Positions 54,548 to 64,000 of a stretch of 64,000 nucleotides of DNA are shown piece after piece; the stretch's first letter is position 1, and every line of letters begins with the position of its first letter. The notes under the pieces were generated by a model that was not told the DNA's origin, did no database searches, and was given only the letters and a program-made list of their open reading frames with translations. The position numbers and the translations under genes are program-made. Location: NCBI GenBank assembly GCA_951406725.2, contig OX597839.1, positions 20,522,001 through 20,586,000 of the forward strand, written 5' to 3'. Source of the DNA: Octopus vulgaris (taxonomy: Eukaryota).

Positions 54548-54674
54548 ATATGACATAAAGCGGATACTACTCGGTCGACAAAGTTTATTAATGGATATGT
54601 GTTGTACACTTCGTCCCATATCGAATTAGATGGAGATTTCGATAAGATGACCGTCGATATACAACTCACTATTG

Positions 54675-54743
<69 letters not shown>

Positions 54744-54752
54744 GTTTATTCG

Positions 54753-54946
54753 TTTACTTGTTTCAATCATTTGACTGCGGCCATGCTAGAGCATCGCCCC
54801 GAATGGGTTTTAGTCGAAGAAATCGCCCCCAGGACTTATTTTGAAACTTTGTTCTTACTCTAGTAAGGGGGATGGAAACACACTAACACCGGTTGCTGAA
54901 CGGTGATGGTGGGTACAAACAGACACAAATATACAGACACACACAC

Positions 54947-54991
<45 letters not shown>

Positions 54992-55148
54992 ATGGGCTTC
55001 TTTCAGTTTACGTCTAGCAAATACACTCGCAAGACTTTGGTCGGCCCAAGACTATTGTAGAAGACACACTCACCCAAGGTGCTACGCTGTGAGACTGAAC
55101 CCAGAACCATGTAGCTGGGAAGCAAGCTTCTTACCACACACCTACGCC
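54753..55148 (-). mobile_element. SINE family A, diverged
   Basis: Recognisable tail, core and head with many substitutions. Confidence 0.8.
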
Positions 55149-55179
55149 TGCAGCACACACACACACACACATATATATT

Positions 55180-55392
55180 AAGGCGGCGAGCTGGCAGAAA
55201 CATTAGCACGCCGGGCGAAGTGCGTAGCCGTATTTCGTCTGCCGCTATGTTCTGAGTTCAAATTCCGCCGAGGTCGACTTTGCCTTTCATTCTATTGGGG
55301 TCGATTAAATAAGTACCAGTTACGCACCGGGGTCGATATAATCGACTTAATCCCTTTGTTTGTCCTTGTTTGGCCCCTTGTGGGTAGTAAAG

Positions 55393-55397
<5 letters not shown>
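55180..55397 (+). mobile_element. SINE family C monomer
   Basis: AAGGCGGCGAGCTGGCAGAA head, GAGTTCAAATT B-box-like motif, ends GTAAAGAAATA. Confidence 0.9.
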
Positions 55398-55453
<56 letters not shown>

Positions 55454-56002
55454 CACGCATGCAAATACGTATATAATCTCGTCGATAATGGGGTGAAATT
55501 GTGATGATTTTCGGTCGATAACCGAGGAGGGGTGAACGTGTCCACGTCCTTTGTCTGATTTTTCCTGTTTTCCATGTGTTGCTTCGTCATCTTTGTGCGC
55601 AAATTTTTAACACCCATTCCCTCTCTTTATATACGCACGTGTGTAAGTAAGTATGTTTGTATGTACGTTTGTAAACACACGCATGCATGTAAACATTTTA
55701 TTAATTATAAGGAATTTTAACGGAGCCATAAGTTCAAACGTTATTTTTGTTTCGAGGGAGGAGGTCGTGTGTAGGGAGAAATATTGATGATATCGATCCG
55801 GAGTATATAAGTACTAGTTTATTTGATCGATTTCAGAAAATAACAGAAAGCTAAATAGCCTCCATCCAATGAGATTTGTTTGAACTGATGAACAAAAGGC
55901 GGAAATTTTGACCTAATGATCTAATAGCATAAAGAATACCGATGGCGTATCCTTTACATGGGAACTATAATGTTCAAATAATAATAATAATAATAATAAT
56001 AA

Positions 56003-56430
56003 TTTACTCTAGGGACAATGCCTGAAATTTGGAAGGAGGGTGCAAGTTGATTAAATCGACCCTTGTACGCCACTGGTACTTATTTTAATGGATCTCGAAA
56101 TGATGAAAGCAAAGTCGACCTCGGCGGAATTTGAACCTGGGCCTTAAAGACGGACGAATTGCCGCTAAACATTTTGCCCGGCGTGCTAACGATTCTGCCA
56201 GCTCGCCGTCTTTATAACAATGATGATAATCCTTTCTGCTGTAGACACGGGATCTGAAATGTTGGGGGATTGCATCGACCCAAGTGCGTAACTGGTACTT
56301 ATTTAATCGACCCCGAAAGGATGAAAAGGCAAATCGACCTCGGCGGAATTTGAACTTAGAACGTAAAGACGGACGAAATGCCGCTAAGCATTTTGTCCAG
56401 TGACTAACGATTCTGCCAGCTCGCCGCCTT
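56003..56430 (-). mobile_element. two adjacent SINE C copies
   Basis: TCGACCTCGGCGGAATTTGAAC..CTGCCAGCTCGCCG occurs twice. Confidence 0.85.
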
Positions 56431-56466
56431 ATAATAATAAGAAGAAGAAGAAGGAAAGAAGAATAT

Positions 56467-56710
56467 TGAACGGGATGGGCTACTCGACCTGAAGAAAATT
56501 CTAACTGGGTCCCACCTGCAAGGTCATGCGCTGCTTATCTTGATACGAGATCAACATGTTGCGCATGTGTGGTTATGATGCATGCGCCTGATGTACCCTT
56601 ATCAGATGGATAATCGTGATGGGTATATTGGGCGTCGTATATTTGTACCCCACTTTGATGGCATGCGTTGCTGTCTCACTCAATAATAATAATAATAATA
56701 ATAATAATAA
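56467..56710 (+). mobile_element. 5'-truncated copy of the 14495 repeat
   Basis: GGATGGGCTACTCGACCTGAAGAAAATTCTAACTGGG.. through CTCACTC(AAT)n. Confidence 0.85.
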
Positions 56711-56911
56711 TCATTTCTCCATTTTAGAAACTTTATTCTTACCAGTGAAAATTAACCCAGTATTTACACGTTATTATTTGTAGCTTTATCTGCTTCGAGT
56801 TTCCTCTGATTCAAAAAAGAATTATTTCGCATTCTTTAAGCGTGCATGCAGTGTGTAAACTTTTGAAGTATTTGTGCATTTAGGCGATGTAAACAATAAT
56901 ACTTGTTTGTG

Positions 56912-56948
56912 TATTAATATCTTGCCTTTTTTTTCTTTACAGGTAAGT
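56912..56948 (+). promoter_or_regulatory. candidate recursive splice site (3' splice site fused to 5' splice site)
   Basis: TATTAAT branch-like motif, CTTGCCTTTTTTTTCTTTAC tract, then AG|GTAAGT. Confidence 0.55.
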
Positions 56949-57374
56949 GTCTGAACAGCAATTTGTTTTAATATATTTACATGGAATCGTTTTGGATTGA
57001 TGTTTGGAACTAAATTCTTCTAAAGGTATTGTAAGGAATTTTTTCCTCGTTCTTTATTTGTTTCATTTATTTAAAGTCTTTGAGTCAGCAGGTGTTGGTA
57101 TTTTCTTTTAATCATAGCATCTATATTATTAATTAATTAATTTATTACATTTTCCCGCTCGCTACATTAAGTTTGATAGCATTAACTTGAGATTTATTAA
57201 CTTTTATGGCTCATGCAAATGGCGTCCGTAGATAAATTGTTTACGCCTACTCGAATGCTTAAATGTTTTTACTAAAAATTCTTTCCTTGAGAAAACATAT
57301 TCGAGTTTATAAGAATTCCTTTAAAACTGCATACGTGATACACCTTATTGTTTATTTCCAAAATCAATATTGAA

Positions 57375-57540
57375 ATTTGAGAGGGCACAACTCTAGTCTA
57401 CGGATATACGATTAAAATTTCGTAGGAAAGTATCACAAGATGGATTCTTCAAGCCGAGCCAACTGGCAAGAGACTTAGGCCAAGACTAAGATGGTTGGAT
57501 AATATCCTTAATCCCGATTGACCACACTTGGGAATCTGGC
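57375..57540 (+). mobile_element. decayed RTE ORF2 C-terminal fragment
   Basis: ERAQL..WILQAEPTGKR..RPRLRWLDNI. Confidence 0.6.
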
Positions 57541-58945
57541 TAGAAAGAAATATGACAGTCGTTTCTTACTGCACCCTGCGGAGACTCTGCCCTCCATAAC
57601 CCTCCCAGGAATAGTGGGTGGAGAAGATGAGTGGGTAGATGGATGGAATATTCAAATTAGGGTGCGTATATTGCATGGTATTGGCTTACAAAATGTATCT
57701 ATCAACCAACTGGTGTTTACCTAAGATCGTATTGAGCCACCGCTTTATATATATATATATATATATAATTCGTATTATGCTTAGAAGTGATGCACGTTAC
57801 CAGAATTTCCGACTCGTCTGGTAGAACAAACCTCTCCAGTCCTAATTATAGTAACCGTGTGAAAGAAGTTAGCACTGGCTAGCTTGTACTGGTATAGTTG
57901 TATGATATATAGTCATGATATTTTGAATGCATTTAATACGCACGTTTTAGATAATTGTGCAATAGATAAATGAGAATTTTATTTCTTACGCAAACTCTTC
58001 CTCAGTTAAGACATCAAAATATAAACAAATTGATGGAATTCGCCCTTTGTATATGATCAGAGCCGTTTAAGTTTTTTACTAGATGAAGAGAGGGCGAGGC
58101 TAGAAATGGGTGAACTATCTATAAATAGAGAAAGGGGAAGAGATGGTGGGAGAGTAAATGTGTGAGAAATGCAATCTTATGGGAAAAAGAGAAAAGAAAG
58201 GGTCACTTAAATAAAAGAATAAGGGAACTTATAAGTCCAATAACTACTAATGAATACATGACTGAAAGCAAAGAATAAAAACAATAAACATACAGATTCA
58301 CACATATTCAAATATATATTCAAATATATATGCATATATACATACACACAGACACTCGTAAACATGTACATATACATGCGCATATGCATGTATATGCATG
58401 CTCACTATCAAAAATCGGGCATCAACATTATGAACATCAACATTATCGTCACTAGCATTGTTTTATTTTGAAATTTCATATTCAAGGTTTCCCACGCTGT
58501 TGTTATCGGTTCGGTGCATCTGCATCATTGCATATCGCTTCGTCTACACCCACCCAGCAGCTCTACCTCCTCCTCTCCCCCCACTAATATTCTGAGGTGT
58601 ATGACGTCACCACTTCTTCTCCCTCCCTCCCCCCCGTCATATTAATTAATATCCCACCGTTACAGCTTACTGCATTTTTAACACCCTATAGAGGTCTACA
58701 CCCAATTCGTTCTATATAGCCACACCAGTTCTCTTTCTTTCTCCCTCTCTCCGGCTGACTCTCTTTCTCTCTCTTTTAATCTCTCTCTCCCTCTCCCTCT
58801 CTGCCTCTCCCTCTCCCTCTTTATTCTAGCCTCTCTTGTCGTAAACGTCATTTCAATATCTTCATTTTGAATCTGAACTCAGGAGAGGTTTTCCGAGGAC
58901 TCGAGATCGAACTGAGCCACCGGTTTACTAAACATCCTACTCTTT

Positions 58946-59331
58946 ACTCTCTTTCTACTTGTTTCAGTCATTTGACTGTGGCCATGCTGGATCACCGCCT
59001 TTAGTCGAACAAATCGACCCCCAGGACTTATTCTTTGTAAGCCTAGTACTTATTCTATCGATGTCTTTTGCCGAACCGCTAAGTTACGGGGACGTAAACA
59101 CAACAGCATCGGTTGTCAAGCGATGTTGGGGGACAAACACAGACACACACATATATATATACATATACGACAGGCTTCTTTCAGTTTCCGTCTACCAAAT
59201 CCACTCACAAGGCTTTGGTCGGCCCGAGGCTATAGTAGAAGACACTTGCCCAAGGTGCCACGCAGTGGGAATGAACCCGGAACCATGTGGTTGGTAAACA
59301 AGGTACTTACCACACAGCCGCTCCTACGCCT
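58946..59331 (-). mobile_element. SINE family A, full length
   Basis: Complete head, core and tail. Confidence 0.9.
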
Positions 59332-59413
59332 ACACAGATAATTTCCTTATAGTTATTACAAATTTGTACATTAGCCCACTCCCTCCATCGAATCGACATT
59401 ACTTGTGCAGGTA

Positions 59414-59501
<88 letters not shown>

Positions 59502-59715
59502 TTATTTAGGATATCTAAGAGATACCTCCACGCTGGAAATAGCAGCCAATACTTGACTCTAAGACCACATTAAATGTTCATAGCGCACCAGGAGAGAAGA
59601 CAACGGACAAGGTGAACTAGTAAAAAATTACTGGATAATTCCAGATCCTGGATTTCTGGCTTTGCAGAAGAAATGCTTTGCCACGTCAGTGGAATATACA
59701 CAGAAAGTAACATAA

Positions 59716-59760
<45 letters not shown>

Positions 59761-59945
59761 GGTTTTTAATTAGAATGCAACTTGCGCAACACCACAACGA
59801 CTATCACTCGTAAAACCAAGAAGTCCAGAGACAAGCAGAGTGCAACATTAGTACACTTCTAGAGGGATGCATTGGCAAAGACCTTGGGTCCCCCATTGAT
59901 TTTCACACACAAACACACACACATACATATATCTATTATTGTTTG

Positions 59946-60285
59946 GTGTGAAGGTGCATGGCTCATTGGTTAGAGCATCGAACTTATGATCGTGAGGTCG
60001 TGAGCTCGAAGCCCGGACTCGGTTGCGTGTTGTGTTCTTGAGCAAGACACTCTATTTCACGTTGCTCCAGTTAACTCAGCTGTAGAAATGAGTTGTGATG
60101 TCACAGGTGCCAAGCTGTATCGGTCCCTTTGCCTTTTCCCTTGGATAACATCGGTGGCGTTGAGAATGGAGGCAAGTATGCATGGGCAACTGCTGGCCTT
60201 CCATAAACAACCTTGCCCGGACTTGTGCCTTGGAGGGTCACTTTCTAGGGGCAATCCCATGGTCAGTCATGACCGAAGGGGGTCT
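59946..60285 (+). mobile_element. SINE family D
   Basis: Inverted homolog of 12771-13104. Confidence 0.85.
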
Positions 60286-60579
60286 CCGATTATTGTTTGC
60301 CTCATAAGGATTTACAAACTTCCAAAGAATGTGAAATAATTTTTTGAACGGTTGAACTCGAAGTAGATAAAGCTATAATTAATAAATAGTAGCGTGTAAA
60401 TATCGGGCTAAAAAAACTGTTTAGATAGGAAACAAAATTAAAGACTACCCGTGGGGTATATGTGTGTGTGTATAAAATATTTCTCTCTACCTGCCTAACC
60501 TTGCTAATTGCTTTCAATGGTAATATACACAAACAATATACGTTTTTTTTATCCAGTGTCAGTATGTGAGTTCATACAT

Positions 60580-60830
60580 GTGTGTATATATATATATATA
60601 TGTGTGTGTGTGTATATGTATATATATATGTGTGTGTTTGTATATATATATATATGTGTGTATGTATGTATATATATATATATATATGTGTGTGTGTATG
60701 TATATATGTATATGTGTGTGTGTGTATGTATATATATATGTGTGTGTGTGTGTATGTATATATATATATGTGTATGTATATATATATGTGTGTGTTTGTG
60801 TATTATATATGTATGTATATATTACACGCT

Positions 60831-60868
<38 letters not shown>

Positions 60869-61111
60869 CACACGTGTGTGTATATATATACACACCAAAA
60901 AAGAGCCGCAGATCAAAACAAAAAGAAACAAACCACTCTACCTTTAATTAGTTGTTCAGGTGTTTTATTCTAAGTAATTTTTGGAGCGGTTTTACTTACT
61001 TCTCTAATCTCCTTCTTCAGTTTCTTTACTCCTTCGCTATCATTTCCTTCAGTCTTCTTGCTCTTTACTGCCCCCCTATCTCATCCCCCTTACTCTCTTG
61101 CGTATATACGC

Positions 61112-61152
<41 letters not shown>

Positions 61153-61166
61153 CGTACATACATACA

Positions 61167-61260
<94 letters not shown>

Positions 61261-61356
61261 CATACATATATATATATATATAATATACATATATATATAT
61301 ATATATACATACATACATACATACATATATATATATATACATACATATATATATAT

Positions 61357-61391
<35 letters not shown>

Positions 61392-61538
61392 ATATACATA
61401 TATATATATATATACATACATATATATATATATATACATACATACATATATATATATATATACATACATATATATATATATATATACATACATACATACA
61501 TATATATATATACATACATACATACATACATACATACA

Positions 61539-61605
<67 letters not shown>

Positions 61606-61610
61606 ACACG
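60580..61610. repeat. compound (TA)/(TG)/(TACA) microsatellite blocks
   Basis: Directly visible. Confidence 0.9.
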
Positions 61611-61867
61611 TACTCTGCAACCAAATAACAAAATCAATTCCGAGTATAATTAAGCTGTGACAGCATGTCTAATTAAGTCACGAATGAGATGCAAGCCGAA
61701 GCAACAACAACAATAATAAACGACACGACAACAACCACTTGTTGTTGATGTTGTTGTTGTTGTTGTTTTGTGACGGCCCGAGGACATTTCGTTGGGGAAA
61801 ACATGGCAGCCATGTTTCACAGTAAGCGAGCGTTACTATCATCTCATCTTCTTTCGCTTCCCGCATA

Positions 61868-62372
61868 CCACCACCACCGCCACAGCTCCCTCCGCCACCA
61901 CCACCCCCACGACTACCACAGCTCTCTCCGCCCCCCCCCCCCCCCGCACCACAGCTCCCTCCTCCGCCACCACCACCACGACTACCACAGCTCTCTTCGC
62001 CGCCCCCCGCACCACAGCTTCCTCCGCCACCACCACCACGGGTCTCTCCGCCCCCCCCCCCGCACCACAGCTCCCTCCTCAGCCACCACCACCACGACTA
62101 CCACAGCTCTCTCCGCCGCCCCCCCGCACCACAGCTCCTTCCTCCACCACCACCACGACTACCACAGCTCTCTTCGCCGCCCCCCGCACCACAGCTTCCT
62201 CCGCCACCACCACCACAGGTCTCTCCGCCGCCCCCCGCACCACAGCTCCCTCCTCCGCCACCACCACCACGACTACCACAGCTCTCTCCGCCGCCCCCCG
62301 CACCACCACCACGACTACCACAGCTCTCTCCGCCGCCCCCCGCACCACAGCTCCCTCCTCCGCCGCCACCAT
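61868..62372. repeat. GC-rich ~55-63 bp minisatellite
   Basis: Units of GCACCACAGCTCCCTCCTCCGCCACCACCACCACGACTACCACAGCTCTCTCCGCCGCCCCCC and variants. Confidence 0.9.
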
Positions 62373-62414
62373 CGCTATTGCATTTCGTACCATCTCTGTT
62401 CATATCTTGATTTC

Positions 62415-63220
62415 ATGTTCTCTCTCTCTCTCTCTATCTCTCTTTCTCTTTTTTGTTCCCCCACCCCCGTGTCTCTTTCCTTGAGCCTCTCTTTCTTTCT
62501 TGTCTCTTTCTCTTTATTTCTGTCTCACTCCCTCCCCTCTCTCCCTCTGTCTTTGTCACTCTCTCTTTTTCTCTCTCTGTCTCTCTCTCTCTGTCTTTGT
62601 CCCTCTCTCTCTCTGTCCCTCTCTCTTTTTCTCTATCTGTCTCTCTGTCTCACTATTTCACTCTCTCTCTCTCTCTCTCTCTCTTTGTCCTCTGTTTCTT
62701 TTTCACTGTCTCTCTCTCTCTTTCTCCTCTTACTTTTTTATTGTTCCCCCCTCTCTCTTTCTCTTTATCTCTGTCTCACTCACTCCTCTCTCCCCCGCTG
62801 TCTTTGTCCTTCTCTCTCTCTCTCTCTCTCTCAGTCTCACTATTTCTGTCTCTCCCTCTGTCTTTGTCCCTCTTTCTCCCTCTTTCACTCTCTCTCTCCC
62901 ACTTGTCTTTCTCATTCCATCTCTCATCTCTCTCTGTCTCCCTCCGTCATTCCTCCCTCTGTTTTCTGTCTTTCTCTCCCTCTGTTTTTCTTCTCCTTCC
63001 ATTTCTCTCTCTCTCTCTCTTTCTCCCCCTTCTCTCTAACTTTCATCTCTTTGTCTCTCCCTCTCTGTCTCTTTCTGTCATTCATACCCTTTCTTTCCCC
63101 TCCCGACTCTTTTTCTATCTCTTCCCCTCAGTCCCTTTTATTCCTTGTACCTTTCCCTACTTGTCTGTCCCTTTCCCTCCGTTTTCTCTCTGTCTCCCTC
63201 TAACTCTTCCTCCTACTATT
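62415..63220. repeat. pyrimidine-rich CT low-complexity tract
   Basis: About 800 bp of mostly C/T on the + strand. Confidence 0.9.
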
Positions 63221-63398
63221 CCTCCAAAACCCCTTCATCCTGCCACTTCATCCCTTCCCATCGCCGTACCTCTCACTGCCACCCTTTCAACCTTCATATA
63301 AGAAGAAGTGAGAGAGGCCCGAGTAAACTGTGTCTATGTACACAGAAACACACAAATATTTATTTACATATGTCACAATTAGTTTCTAGATTGTGTGT

Positions 63399-63975
63399 AA
63401 GGTGGCGAGCTGGCAGAACCGTTAGCCCGCCGGACGAAATGCTCAGCAGTATTTCGTCCGCCGTCACGTTCTGAGTTTAAATTCCGCCGAGGTCGACTTT
63501 GCCTTTCATCCTTTCGGGGTCGATAAATTAAGTACCAGTTACGTACTGGGGTCGATATAATTGACTTAATCCGTTTGTCTGTCCTTGTTTGTCCTCTCTG
63601 TGTGTAGCCCCTTGTGGGTAGTAAAGAAATATGTATTTCGTCTGCCGCTACGTTCTGAGTTTAAATTCCGTCGAGGTCGACTTTGCCTTTCATCCTTTCG
63701 GGGTCGATAAATTAAGTACCAGTTACGTACTGGGGTCGATATAATTGACTTAATCCGTGTGTCTGTCCTTGTTTGTCTTCTCTGTGTGTAGCCCCTTGTG
63801 GGTAGTAAAGAAATAGGTATTTCGTCTGCCGATACGTTCTGAGTTCAAATTCCGTCGAGGTCGACTTTGCCTTTCATCCTTTCGGGGTCGATTAAATAAG
63901 TACCAGTTACGCACTGGGGTCGATATAATCGACTTAATCCGTTTGTCTGTCCTTGTTTGTCCCCTCTGTGTTTAG
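63399..63975 (+). mobile_element. SINE family C with body trimer
   Basis: One head, then GTATTTCGTC at 63449, 63633 and 63817. Confidence 0.92.
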
Positions 63976-64000
63976 AAATCCGAAGGAGCAATATCTGGTG

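Noticed and set aside
55258-55617. ORF beginning MGVKNLRTKMTKQ
   Set aside because: It runs into (TA)n and a SINE, lacks a good donor site, and has no recognisable domain.
61770-63301. 477-aa and mucin-like Thr-rich ORFs
   Set aside because: They derive from a minisatellite and a CT tract. Several frames are open, the mucin-like frame has no ATG start, and I found no splice or domain support.

Overview
This is eukaryotic, AT-rich, repeat-saturated DNA with no convincing host protein-coding gene. Nearly all track ORFs are translations of microsatellites or SINEs. The repeat repertoire matches my recollection of Octopus (coleoid cephalopod) genomes; this is an inference, not a database result. 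Contents: four recurrent tRNA-headed SINE families (labelled A-D here), decayed LINE ORF2 fragments (RTE and CR1/L2-like), non-autonomous Helitrons, three TIR MITEs, mini- and microsatellites, and a ~6 kb duplication across a 100-N gap that is probably an uncollapsed haplotype. The strongest leads are: (1) a tRNA-headed element carrying an intact minimal hammerhead ribozyme and a Penelope-style inverted tail copy (19093-19426), plus several other hammerhead-like motifs; (2) a strong AG|GTAAGT recursive-splice-type site (56941-56948) suggesting a giant + strand intron; (3) a LINE 3' end sharing a covarying stem-loop with SINE family A; (4) one SINE head joined to four different tails; (5) a SINE whose 184-bp body multimerises at the same junction at two loci; (6) a 189-bp satellite that arose from an RTE junction. 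Family assignments are by eye and from memory.
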